A stretch of DNA of 64,000 nt from a bacterium. Lineage in GTDB: Bacteria; Electryoneota; RPQS01; DYHQ01. Shown one piece after another: positions 1 through 8,637 of the stretch. Under the pieces are notes generated by a model. The model was not told where the DNA came from and made no database searches. It was given only the letters and a program-made list of their open reading frames with translations. The translations under genes were made by a program, and so were the position numbers. The DNA lies in contig JAUXGA010000008.1 of the NCBI GenBank assembly GCA_030622545.1, positions 2,321-66,320 on the forward strand. Direction: 5' to 3'. The stretch's first letter is position 1; each line of letters begins with the position of its first letter.

Positions 1-1
1 T

Positions 2-625
2 TTGCGGCTTCAGGAGATGATTAGTGAGAACGGGATTCTCGTGGCCAAGAACATTGCAAACGAGGCTGCGTATGCACTGGAATTTCACTGCACATACGAT
101 CCTGGGAAGATTTGTCTGGAGAGCGCGAAACTTACGGAGGGCTTGGAAGATTGGCATTTGTTCACTCGGGCGGAAGACGGCGTGATTCACATCGGCGCGT
201 TTGGAACCACTCCGGTGGACGCTAATGCCGAGATCGTTCACCTGCACTTTCAGCCGAAGGGGCCCAATCGAACCGATACGCAGATTCTCGTGACTGACTA
301 TCGTGTGAATGAATTCCCGGCATCGTCCGCCGAAGTCTACTGGACAGTGACATCGACGCCGACGGAATACTCGCTGGAGCAGAATTATCCCAATCCATTT
401 AATACGACGACCAATATTCGATACAGTCTTCCGGAAAGAGCCAGCGTCCGCTTAGCTATCTACAATTCGTTGGGTCAACAGGCGGCTCTATTGGTGGATG
501 AGGTTCAGGAGGCCAACATCTATACGCTGGCCTTTGATGCGTCGCATCTCTCTTCCGGCATCTACTTCTTCCGTCTCGATGCCGGCAAATTCCACCAAAT
601 TCACAAGATGGTTCTCCTTAAGTAG
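2..625 (+). CDS. C-terminal part of a secreted protein with a T9SS-type C-terminal sorting domain (5' end lies outside the window)
   Basis: The ORF is open to the window edge. The C-terminus 'EQNYPNPFNTTTNIRYSL...SGIYFFRLDAG' is the typical Por/T9SS (FlgD-Ig-like) CTD signature. Confidence 0.6.
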   Translation: MRLQEMISENGILVAKNIANEAAYALEFHCTYDPGKICLESAKLTEGLEDWHLFTRAEDGVIHIGAFGTTPVDANAEIVHLHFQPKGPNRTDTQILVTDYRVNEFPASSAEVYWTVTSTPTEYSLEQNYPNPFNTTTNIRYSLPERASVRLAIYNSLGQQAALLVDEVQEANIYTLAFDASHLSSGIYFFRLDAGKFHQIHKMVLLK

Positions 626-725
626 GTATGACTCCGGATTCACCGGAGTAGACACCATTGCGAGATCTGCGCTGGCAAGTACGCAAAAGGTATTGGAAGA
701 TGAGATCAGACAAAAGGAGCCCATA

Positions 726-1493
726 ATGTTCGGCTATAAGTTATGGTCACTTATTATCGTGACGATCTGTACCCTCAATGCGCTCGCACAGATAACGGTA
801 ACACTTCCGGATACGACAGCAGATCAGGGGTATCAGTTGTGTATTCCGGTTCAAGTGGGCGATGTCACGGATCAAGACATCGTGGCGTTTGAGTTCACGG
901 TGACCTTTGATCCGACACTTCTCAATGCTGTGGATCCCTACTATGATGTGACCGGACGGTTGGCGGCGGATTGGACCATTTTCGAGACTCACAATAACAC
1001 GACCGGAACCCTGAACATCGGTGGATTCGGGACGACACCTTTGGAGGGTGAGGGACAGCTATTATGTCTTCAGTTCCAGGTTCTGCCCCAGGCTCCCGGT
1101 GGATCGGTTAGCCCTCTGACTTTCACAAGCTTTATGTTTAATGAAGGCACACCAGAGGCTGAAACCTCTGACGGCAGTCTCACCGTGGAGGGTTCTGGTG
1201 CCGATGACAGGAATGGATTTTCAGTTCCCAAGACATTCTGTCTATCACAGAATTACCCCAATCCCTTCAATCCGACAACTACAATCGAATTCGGCATCCC
1301 AAAAGCATCGCGAGTGTGCATCAGAATCTACGATATTTTGGGCAGGCAAGTGGATGTTCTTGTGGACGCCATGATTCAAGCTGGCCATCACCACGTGATC
1401 TGGGATTGTCCTGACTGCACGAGCGGCATATACCTTGTCGTGATGTCAGGAGATGGATTCAATATCGTTCGGAAGGCAACGCTGATAAGGTGA
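726..1493 (+). CDS. Secreted cohesin-like domain protein with T9SS-type C-terminal sorting domain
   Basis: The ATG at 726 gives the signal peptide 'MFGYKLWSLIIVTICTLNALAQ'. A cohesin-like segment follows ('ITVTLPDTTADQGYQLCIPVQVGDV...FEFTVTFDP'). The C-terminus is 'SQNYPNPFNPTTTIEFGIP...SGIYLVVM'. The ORF-track start at 498 is an unlikely upstream extension. Confidence 0.65.
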   Translation: MFGYKLWSLIIVTICTLNALAQITVTLPDTTADQGYQLCIPVQVGDVTDQDIVAFEFTVTFDPTLLNAVDPYYDVTGRLAADWTIFETHNNTTGTLNIGGFGTTPLEGEGQLLCLQFQVLPQAPGGSVSPLTFTSFMFNEGTPEAETSDGSLTVEGSGADDRNGFSVPKTFCLSQNYPNPFNPTTTIEFGIPKASRVCIRIYDILGRQVDVLVDAMIQAGHHHVIWDCPDCTSGIYLVVMSGDGFNIVRKATLIR

Positions 1494-1592
1494 AACCAGG
1501 CAGAAGCGGAGGACTTCGCGCCGGATGTGCAAACCAATAACACCCACCAATAATCAAGCCCTTCCGATCCCCAGTTCCTCGTTCCGGGTCCT

Positions 1593-1665
1593 CACTTTGG
1601 CTATCACTTGCCTTCACTTGCTTCCACATGCATTCACTTGGCATGGTGGCACTTGGTTTCACTTG
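1593..1665. repeat. Degenerate 10-bp tandem repeat carrying a CACTTG core (6-7 units in helical phase)
   Basis: CACTTG occurs at 1605, 1615, 1635, 1650 and 1660, CACATG at 1625 and CACTTT at 1593. Spacing is exactly 10 bp apart from one 15-bp step. The region is non-coding. Confidence 0.6.
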
Positions 1666-1726
1666 GAGCGGGTCAGGTAATACAATGGTTTACAAAGAAT
1701 TAGACGCTGGTCTCTCACGCCGATAT

Positions 1727-1754
1727 ACGGGTTTCGAGTCCCTGTGCGAACGCA
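1727..1754 (+). other. tRNA-like T-arm/acceptor 3' fragment (fragment 1)
   Basis: The sequence 'acgggtttcgagtccctgtgcgaacgca' has a GGTTCGAGTCC-type T-loop followed by 7 nt, G and CAA. No matching 5' acceptor strand is present upstream. Confidence 0.3.
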
Positions 1755-2129
1755 ATGCTGAAAGAGCCAAAGTACATGCAAGTCCATGGTGAGGTTCGAA
1801 CACGTGCTCGGTAATTGATGAGCAAGTTGGTTAACCTGAACTGAATGCAAGTTGAGACCGGTTTTCCCCTACTTTCCTCCGGTCGCCTGTATAAAAATGT
1901 CCTATTTTGATGTTTAGATAGTGCTCATCTGAAGAGTTGCATTCCCGCTGTCTCCACTAACCACTACTCATTAAGGGATTGGATGTTTTCCAATCTCTTC
2001 TTTATCTCTCCTAAGCCCAAAACCTCAGTCTTTGATTTCTTCCTTCTCTATTGCTTTTCGGAGGCAATTGCTGTAAATTATAATGTCTCATAAATCTCAA
2101 ATCAATTCACCTTGCCGCCGGAGGAAGAT

Positions 2130-2696
2130 ATGGCTGATGAAGCTCTTGGACATGTTTGTCCACCATCTGTTATAAAATGGTTGAACAGTCCACTGCGTAA
2201 ACTGCTTCAAAATCCCAAGAAGATTATGGGAGCTTATGTGAAACCCGGCGATGTTGTCGTTGATTTAGGTTGCGGCGGCGGCTTTTTTTCTGTGGCATTG
2301 GCTGAAATGGTTGGCGAAAACGGACGGGTCATCGCGGCAGACCTGCAAAAAGAAATGTTGGACATCACCCGGGATTTCGCCGCGAAAAGGGGAGTCTTGG
2401 AACGAATAACATTGCATCAATGTTACGCCGAGGACATCGCACTATCCGAAGAAAAGGTGGATTTTGTTCTTGCTTTCTACGTGGTTCATGAAGTTCCCAA
2501 CCGAAAGGAGTTCTTGCGCCAAGTCTCGCAAATTATGAAGCCCGACGCGCGCTTCCTGCTGATTGAGCCAAAACATCATGTCACACCTTCACAATATGAA
2601 GGAATCCTGAACGAGGCGAACTCGGCAGGATTAAAATTGCTGACGAACGTGAAACTCCCTTTCAGCCGAAGCGTAGTTTTCGGGCTGGAATCTTAA
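2130..2696 (+). CDS. Class I SAM-dependent methyltransferase
   Basis: Motif I 'VVDLGCGGGFFS' and 'VIAADLQKEML' are present. The ATG at 2130 follows a GGAGGA Shine-Dalgarno sequence. The ORF-track TTG at 2112 is less likely. Confidence 0.8.
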   Translation: MADEALGHVCPPSVIKWLNSPLRKLLQNPKKIMGAYVKPGDVVVDLGCGGGFFSVALAEMVGENGRVIAADLQKEMLDITRDFAAKRGVLERITLHQCYAEDIALSEEKVDFVLAFYVVHEVPNRKEFLRQVSQIMKPDARFLLIEPKHHVTPSQYEGILNEANSAGLKLLTNVKLPFSRSVVFGLES

Positions 2697-2850
2697 AAAC
2701 TATACACATTATAGGGATTATTTCGGGGAAATGCTCGCATCGGGAAGATACTTTGTTCGTGCTGCGATTGCTGACAAAATCGAGAGCATGCCCATCCTGC
2801 TGCTGAAATAGCGGGGCATCAGAGTCCGAGTCCCTTTGACCCCGTTAAAT

Positions 2851-2890
2851 AGCCCTTGTTAAGTTCCATCTTGACAAGGGCTTTTTCTTT
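2851..2890 (+). terminator. Rho-independent terminator
   Basis: The stem 'agcccttgt' / 'acaagggct' (9 bp) is followed by 'ttttcttt'. Confidence 0.6.
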
Positions 2891-2933
2891 GGCTATATTG
2901 TGTTTGGGATTCTATCGAGAAGCTTGCTACATT

Positions 2934-2967
2934 GGAAGTTGCTGCTTCGAGTCCCGTCAGCCTCGCA
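2934..2967 (+). other. tRNA-Asp-like 3' fragment (fragment 2)
   Basis: The sequence 'ggaagttgctgcttcgagtcccgtcagcctcgca' shares 'TTCGAGTCCCGTC' with the E. coli tRNA-Asp T-arm as I recall it. The T-stem no longer pairs and no 5' half is present. Confidence 0.35.
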
Positions 2968-3038
2968 AATCCACAAACACTTGTCGGGCGTTGGCTTGGC
3001 AAGGGTGTAGACATTCGAGAATTTAGGAGGAATATTAG

Positions 3039-3893
3039 TTGGCTTCTCTTGATGAATCAAAGAAGTCCGTTAGGACTTTTCTCAATACATGTGACCATAA
3101 AGCGTCTGAAATTAAAGACACGCAAGAGCACCTTGTAAAACTTGCTGACTCCGTTAGTCAGGCAAAAGCGCATGGCACTATAGTGCTCCAAGGTTTAGAA
3201 ACAATGCCTGGAAATGTCGCTAAAGATATGAAAGAAGAAGATTGGAATGTGATTACTGTATCTTTCGATTTACAAAATGAGGCTCTGTCGTCGTTCGAAA
3301 TATCTGTTGCCCCGACGGATCTCACGGTTTTTAACAGTGGAACTTTAACAGCGAGCACCGCATCAACTAGTTCCTTTACTCAAGCCGTGTTGAAAAATCC
3401 TGAGCCTACTCGAGTTCAATGGCTGGGCACCATCGTGGCCGAGGAGAGAAACATCACAAATCGCAACGCACAAGCCGATGAGATAGAGTCTAAACTCCAA
3501 CTATTTCTCTCTGGCCGACATGAATATTTCCGTTTGGCGAAGGAGCGGCTCGACTTGTATGCCGTGGATAGTACAGATGCTTCTTCAGTTGCTATAGCCA
3601 TGAGAAACGTTCTCGACCAGCTGAAAGGTGATCTGAAAAGTAAGGCTCGAATGCAAGCAAGTGAGAATGTCAAATGGCCGGAGATAGCTAGCCGATTATC
3701 ATTAGGTGGTCCAGGTAGCCCTCATGAAACTGCATTGCTGAACCAGAAAGCAACTTTTGATGACCTTTATTCGATCCTCAGTAATTTAGCCAAAGCTACT
3801 CCGGCCGCCGGTCATACAGTCGAATCTGCCTATTTCATGTTTCTTGACTTCTTAGAGGCTCTCTTCGCAGTTCTCAATCCAGCAATTCTATAG
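3039..3893 (+). CDS. Hypothetical protein with no recognisable domain, probably co-transcribed with the TIR gene
   Basis: A TTG start lies 8 nt after a strong AGGAGG. The 284-aa ORF ends 37 nt before the next gene. Codon usage is AT-rich, like the TIR gene. Confidence 0.6.
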   Translation: MASLDESKKSVRTFLNTCDHKASEIKDTQEHLVKLADSVSQAKAHGTIVLQGLETMPGNVAKDMKEEDWNVITVSFDLQNEALSSFEISVAPTDLTVFNSGTLTASTASTSSFTQAVLKNPEPTRVQWLGTIVAEERNITNRNAQADEIESKLQLFLSGRHEYFRLAKERLDLYAVDSTDASSVAIAMRNVLDQLKGDLKSKARMQASENVKWPEIASRLSLGGPGSPHETALLNQKATFDDLYSILSNLAKATPAAGHTVESAYFMFLDFLEALFAVLNPAIL

Positions 3894-3930
3894 CCTATTT
3901 GATTTTTTTTCTATTTACCAAACTGTTTCA

Positions 3931-5397
3931 GTGACCATGACAGAATCAACAAATAACACAACACCGAAACCACGCGCCTTTATTTCCTACAGTTGGACAT
4001 CACCAGAACACATTAATAGAGTTGTTTCTCTCGCGGAGCGACTCGTTGGAGATGGGGTTGATGTTGTTCTTGACCAATGGGACCTTAAGGAAGGTCATGA
4101 CAAGATTGTTTTCATGGAGAAAATGGTCACTGACACAACAGTCAACAAGGTTATTGTGGTATCAGATAGGCGATACGCAGAAAAGGCGGACGGGCGAGAA
4201 GGTGGTGTTGGAACAGAATCCCAAATTATATCTAAGGAGGTGTATGAGAGGACAGAACAGGATAAGTTTATTCCACTTGTGTTTGAGTTTGATTCTAAAG
4301 GGCAGGCTTGTCTACCTACCTTCTTGAAATCAAGGATATACATCGATTTCTCTTCAGTCCAGCAGTCGGCAGATAACTACGAACGGCTCTTGCGAACCCT
4401 ATTCAATAAACCGGCTCAGCAAAAACCGAAATTAGGAAAACCACCTGCTTACCTATCTCAGGAAACAACAACCTTTTCTCCAAACAGATCATCTCTGGAT
4501 ATGTTCATCAGAGCACTACACGAGGATAAATCGAGTTATAAAGCCCTTGCGATAGAATATCTTGAAAGATTCCACAGTGGTCTTGAAGAATTCAAAATAG
4601 ATCTTCCGCCTAAAAAGCTCGAGGAGGAGTTTCTGCGGGTTTTTCATGATATGCTTCATGCGAGAAATGAACTCCTCGAGTTCTATAAAGAGGCTTTTTC
4701 CTTTAAAGATGACTATGATCTAATGGAAATCATAATTGAATTTCTTGAAAAAACTCTGAATTACAACTACAGGCCAATAGATGTCACCTCTTGGGATGAA
4801 ACTTGGTTTGAGAATTTCAAAATATTCAATTACGAATCATTTGTCTACCTTATCGCTATCTTGATCAAGTATAAGCGGTACTCGTTGATTGACAATTTAC
4901 TATCCCATGGTTATTATGTGGAAGCAGCAGCGCGAGACTATAACCATGCAATCCATCCATTTACCATATTTTGGTCTGATAGCGAGATTCTACGAATTCA
5001 AAACGAGCGATTGAAATCAAAGAAAATTTCACCGTTGGCTGAGCTTATAAAGAAGAGAGCTACTCTGTCATTTCTTTCATTTGATGAATTTATACAAGCT
5101 GATATCGTTCTCCTTCTGCGGAGTCTTTTAGATGATGACGATTACACAAAGTGGTACCCTCGCACGATGATATTCGCCGGTTGGTCAAGAGCTCTTCCAT
5201 TATTTGCACGAGCAGAGTCAGAAAAGGGATTCGCATCCATTTCGCAGATGCTCTCCAACATAAATCGGGCTGAACTAAAGCTCAAGATTGATAATGCGAC
5301 TAAAGGCGTCATGCGAGAAACCTTGGCGCGTCTAGGTTTCTATACTCGCATCAGTTTGCATGCACTCATAAACTACAAGAATATATTCAAAGAGTGA
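3931..5397 (+). CDS. TIR/SEFIR-like domain protein with an uncharacterised ~340-aa helical C-terminal domain
   Basis: The N-terminus 'AFISYSWTSPEHINRVVSLAERLVGDGVDVVLDQWDLKEGHDKIVFMEKMV...GGVGTESQII' matches the bacterial TIR_2/SEFIR pattern. The start is either GTG 3931 or ATG 3937. Confidence 0.8.
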   Translation: MTMTESTNNTTPKPRAFISYSWTSPEHINRVVSLAERLVGDGVDVVLDQWDLKEGHDKIVFMEKMVTDTTVNKVIVVSDRRYAEKADGREGGVGTESQIISKEVYERTEQDKFIPLVFEFDSKGQACLPTFLKSRIYIDFSSVQQSADNYERLLRTLFNKPAQQKPKLGKPPAYLSQETTTFSPNRSSLDMFIRALHEDKSSYKALAIEYLERFHSGLEEFKIDLPPKKLEEEFLRVFHDMLHARNELLEFYKEAFSFKDDYDLMEIIIEFLEKTLNYNYRPIDVTSWDETWFENFKIFNYESFVYLIAILIKYKRYSLIDNLLSHGYYVEAAARDYNHAIHPFTIFWSDSEILRIQNERLKSKKISPLAELIKKRATLSFLSFDEFIQADIVLLLRSLLDDDDYTKWYPRTMIFAGWSRALPLFARAESEKGFASISQMLSNINRAELKLKIDNATKGVMRETLARLGFYTRISLHALINYKNIFKE

Positions 5398-5454
5398 TAT
5401 TTCCGTGCGGATATTCATCCTCCTAGGATAAACAACTGCTGATAGCCTTAACCT

Positions 5455-5528
5455 TGGCGGTGAGTTAAGCTTGTTAAAACGCCAGCCTGTCAGGTTGGAG
5501 GTCGCGGGTTCGAAATTCACACAGCCAG
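5455..5528 (+). pseudogene. Degenerate tRNA-Asp(GUC)-like sequence
   Basis: Acceptor TGGCGGT/ACAGCCA pairs 6 of 7. The anticodon arm is CCAGC-CTGTCAG-GTTGG (GTC). 'GGTCGCGGGTTCGA' is identical to E. coli tRNA-Asp as I recall it. The 3' T-stem (TTCAC) does not pair and the D arm is aberrant. Confidence 0.35.
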
Positions 5529-5539
5529 CAAATAGAAAA

Positions 5540-5567
5540 GCCTGTAAGCGTAACCTTGCAGGCTTTT
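5540..5567. terminator. Bidirectional rho-independent terminator between convergent genes
   Basis: The stem 'gcctgtaag' / 'cttgcaggc' is flanked by 'aaaa' on the left and 'tttt' on the right. Confidence 0.6.
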
Positions 5568-5602
5568 CGATTATAGCTCTACCGGATCTCGTCGCTACGG
5601 TG

Positions 5603-6328
5603 TCACCCCGACAACCCTTGGCGCCAATCCTTTTGCGTTTGAGCCTCATCACTCGTAGCCAAGTGATGGTGCCCATCTGAAAACACTCTGCCATCAACCA
5701 GACTCAATGTTCGCTTCGCCATCAGCGCCGCTTGCGGATCATGTGTCACCATGACGACGGTCCGGCCTTCCTTGTTAATCTCGTCGAGGAATGCGATAAC
5801 CTGCTGACTTGTTTCGGGATCAAGATTGCCGGTAGGTTCGTCTGCCAGAACGACGGGTGGATTATTCGCAAGCATACGGGCTAAAGCCACGCGTTGTTGT
5901 TGACCCACACTCAATTCAGACGGCTTATGATCCAGTCTATCGGAAAGTCCAACGCGTGCAAGGAGATCTGTCGCTCTTTGCTTTTGCGCACTCTCATCCT
6001 TGCCTGCGAGAAACAGCGGAATCTGGACATTCTCAGCAGCGGTCAGGTACGGCACAAGATTGAACGTTTGGAAGACAAACCCAATCTTTTTCCTTCGCAG
6101 CCGGGCACGTTTATCGGGAGAGAGATCATAGAGCGACTGTCCGTCGAGCAGAACCCGGCCTTTGGAAAGTGAAAGCATACCGCCGAGAGTCATGAGAAGC
6201 GTGCTCTTGCCGCTTCCACTCGGGCCGACGATGGAAATAAAATCACCCTTTGGAATATCCAATGTCACATCGTTGAGAGCCGTTATAATCTGTTGCCGGT
6301 GGTTATAAAACTTGCCGGCAGCTTCCAT
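5603..6328 (-). CDS. ABC transporter ATP-binding protein (MacB/LolD-type)
   Basis: Walker A 'GPSGSGKSTLL', signature 'LSVGQQQRVALAR' and Walker B 'VVLADEPTGNLD' are present. The likely start is ATG 6328 ('MEAAGKF'). The ORF-track start at 6442 overlaps the upstream permease gene. Confidence 0.85.
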   Translation of the reverse strand: MEAAGKFYNHRQQIITALNDVTLDIPKGDFISIVGPSGSGKSTLLMTLGGMLSLSKGRVLLDGQSLYDLSPDKRARLRRKKIGFVFQTFNLVPYLTAAENVQIPLFLAGKDESAQKQRATDLLARVGLSDRLDHKPSELSVGQQQRVALARMLANNPPVVLADEPTGNLDPETSQQVIAFLDEINKEGRTVVMVTHDPQAALMAKRTLSLVDGRVFSDGHHHLATSDEAQTQKDWRQGLSG

Positions 6329-6339
6329 TTTCAACACGA

Positions 6340-7560
6340 TCAAACCTCCTGAAGTGTGGTGAATGGATCGAGACGCGCCGCACGCCTCGCGGGTAAGTAA
6401 CTTGCCGCGAGAGTGAGCGCTACGGAGATGCCAATGGCCCACACCACAAGTTCCGGCATCGGCAGAACAGGCACTCCGGCAAGACGAGGGCCAAGAGTTA
6501 GGGCAAGCACCGTTCCTACAATATAGCCACCGATTCCAGCCGCAAGACCAAGCAGAAGCGCTTTGAACATGAATATTCGCAGTACCAGAGAGGAACCTGC
6601 TCCTAACGCCATCAAGGTACCGATCTCTCGCCGCCGCTCGAATACATTGGCATACATGTAGTTCGCGATACTCGCTCCCCCCACCAAAATAATGATCAGG
6701 AGAAAGGCTAACGATAGACGTGACATCATTTGGTTCATGCGGATCTGCGTATTTACTATCTGAGTGATGGTGACCACCTTCGCATCAGGGAGCAGACGGT
6801 TAATCTTCTGCACCAGCCCACCGGATATTTCGCTACAGCAACCCACAACTTCGATAGCGTTAATGACCGAACCCTTCCCGGTGAGTTCCTGAACCGTATG
6901 CAGGTGGGCAAAGATACGCGAGTCATCTACGGTTCCCGTCTGTGGAAGGACTGCGATAACATCGAACTTCTCTCCCAAGAGGTTAAGTTTATCGCCTTCT
7001 TTCGTTCCTAAGGAGGTTGCTGCATCGGCACCCACGAGAACTTCATTGCTGGCAAGCGTTTCGATCACTCGATTCCGCACCAAAGTCTCACGGGGCGAGG
7101 GAGGAGCCTCACCCGGAATGTCTACGACCACACCACACCCTTGCGGCCGCGAAAATATGCCGGCACCTGCCCATGCGGCCTTTGCCTGAAACTCATCCTT
7201 CGGCAATATCCCTGTTAGTGTAACATTTTGATTTCGAACCTTCACAGGAAGGGAGAGTTTCGGTGAAAGATTGTCCAATCCTTGAATGTCGGACATCACC
7301 AGCCGCATGACGTATTCCTCTGGGATCTCTTCCGCATTGAAGTCTGCAGTATAATAATCCTGTACGGAAGCGGACTTGGGAAGGATAAGAACATTTGCTC
7401 CCAAAGCATCCAGTTCTCTCATCACGGCTTTCTCGGAGTAAAAGGTGATGTTCTTTATAGAGACGATTACCGTGATTCCCAGGAGAATCGCTAGGAAGCC
7501 TGTCGTCAATTGATTCTTGCGTTCGAAGATTTCTCGCCAGACGAGCGTTCTGAGCCGCAT
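6340..7560 (-). CDS. ABC transporter permease, FtsX/MacB family
   Basis: The protein has an N-terminal TM helix, a large periplasmic domain and a C-terminal FtsX-like 3-TM region ('REIGTLMALGAG'). The start is 'MRLRTLVWREIF' at 7560. Confidence 0.8.
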   Translation of the reverse strand: MRLRTLVWREIFERKNQLTTGFLAILLGITVIVSIKNITFYSEKAVMRELDALGANVLILPKSASVQDYYTADFNAEEIPEEYVMRLVMSDIQGLDNLSPKLSLPVKVRNQNVTLTGILPKDEFQAKAAWAGAGIFSRPQGCGVVVDIPGEAPPSPRETLVRNRVIETLASNEVLVGADAATSLGTKEGDKLNLLGEKFDVIAVLPQTGTVDDSRIFAHLHTVQELTGKGSVINAIEVVGCCSEISGGLVQKINRLLPDAKVVTITQIVNTQIRMNQMMSRLSLAFLLIIILVGGASIANYMYANVFERRREIGTLMALGAGSSLVLRIFMFKALLLGLAAGIGGYIVGTVLALTLGPRLAGVPVLPMPELVVWAIGISVALTLAASYLPARRAARLDPFTTLQEV

Positions 7561-7561
7561 G

Positions 7562-8458
7562 TTATTTTCCCTTCTTTCCAGTGGGACCACAGGCGCCGGG
7601 TGGGCAGACCGGGCCGCATCCTCCTCCGGATCTACCAGACTTTACAGCTTGCAGACTTGCTACCAGTTGGTTCTTCTGTAAAGCTCCCTTGTAGGTTGCG
7701 ACTGTTTGTCCAGGTGGTGTAAGAAAAACCGTCGTGGCCTCATCGATGTTCGGATCAACCCTTAGTTGAGATAAAAATCTTGCTTCCGCCGGATCAGAGG
7801 GATCGACAGTAACAATTTCGGTGGAACGGGCGTACTGGGCATCCTTTTTAAAGTCTTGCACACCTCGCATGGCGGCAACATTATTCCTCGTTGCGCCGTT
7901 TTGAGCGCAGAGAAGAACCATCTTTCGATCCTGTAAAGCCTTGAGAGTTTGCTCTGCGCCCTTGCTGACGATGGCATCCTTAAGTTGATTTTCATCGAAT
8001 TCTCTAGGAAAGCCACCCGTGATTGCGCCATTGGGGGCCACCGCCAAAACCAAAGGCATTGGAGCACGACTGGCGTTGAATTTCTTGACAATTTCCTTCT
8101 CTGATGGATCGGCAGCATTGATGGCAATCCACTCAGCTTTCCGACCAACCTTCCTCCTTGTCGTTTCGACAATATTGCTCGCGCTGCGGGTTTGCTCATT
8201 GTCTTCCCTATAGAAAAGGATGTAAAGATACTTTTCATGCTCCGCCGCATTTTCAACGGCACTCATGCCTTTACCCGGCGGCAGCTGTTTCGCGGGTGCC
8301 GAAGTCTGCTCTTTATCCAGACTGACTTGCGATGCTGCCATTTTTAATGCCGCCGTCTCGGCAACGCTCTTCGTCGGTAGGGCGTACCTGACAACCGCAA
8401 AAGCGACAACCGTGATCAGCACGGCCGCTGCTACAGTTAAGATAAACTTCTTTTTCAT
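7562..8458 (-). CDS. Secreted or membrane-anchored protein with a Cys/Gly/Pro-rich C-terminal tail
   Basis: A signal/anchor 'MKKKFILTVAAAVLITVVAFAVV' is present. Two thioredoxin-fold-like halves lack CxxC. The tail is 'GGGCGPVCPPGACGPTGKKGK'. The gene is adjacent to the start of the permease gene. Confidence 0.55.
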   Translation of the reverse strand: MKKKFILTVAAAVLITVVAFAVVRYALPTKSVAETAALKMAASQVSLDKEQTSAPAKQLPPGKGMSAVENAAEHEKYLYILFYREDNEQTRSASNIVETTRRKVGRKAEWIAINAADPSEKEIVKKFNASRAPMPLVLAVAPNGAITGGFPREFDENQLKDAIVSKGAEQTLKALQDRKMVLLCAQNGATRNNVAAMRGVQDFKKDAQYARSTEIVTVDPSDPAEARFLSQLRVDPNIDEATTVFLTPPGQTVATYKGALQKNQLVASLQAVKSGRSGGGCGPVCPPGACGPTGKKGK

Positions 8459-8637
8459 CGATCATCTCCTAAACAAAAGATCATTACTCACGCAGTCACA
8501 GGTGACTGGATCGCAAACTGGTTAGTGGAAAAATGACAGGTAAAAGACCTGCCACTAAGGTGTTTATCCATAAGCGAACGCTAATTCGCGTTTCTGATGG
8601 TGCACAAAGATTACCCCAGCAATGCTGTGGCAATTCT

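Noticed and set aside
498-725. An upstream extension of the cohesin-like gene overlapping the previous gene's CTD.
   Set aside because: The extension has no protein-like features. ATG 726 yields a canonical signal peptide.
1459-1850. Two short minus-strand ORFs in the 1494-2111 spacer.
   Set aside because: They run through the 10-bp repeat array and the tRNA-like fragment, and have no RBS or domain signal.
5603-5700. An unusually long C-terminal tail on the ABC ATPase ('...GHHHLATSDEAQTQKDWRQGLSG') that runs toward the pseudo-tRNA.
   Set aside because: It may reflect a junction created by island insertion. A ~23-aa tail is within normal variation and I cannot test it without homologues.
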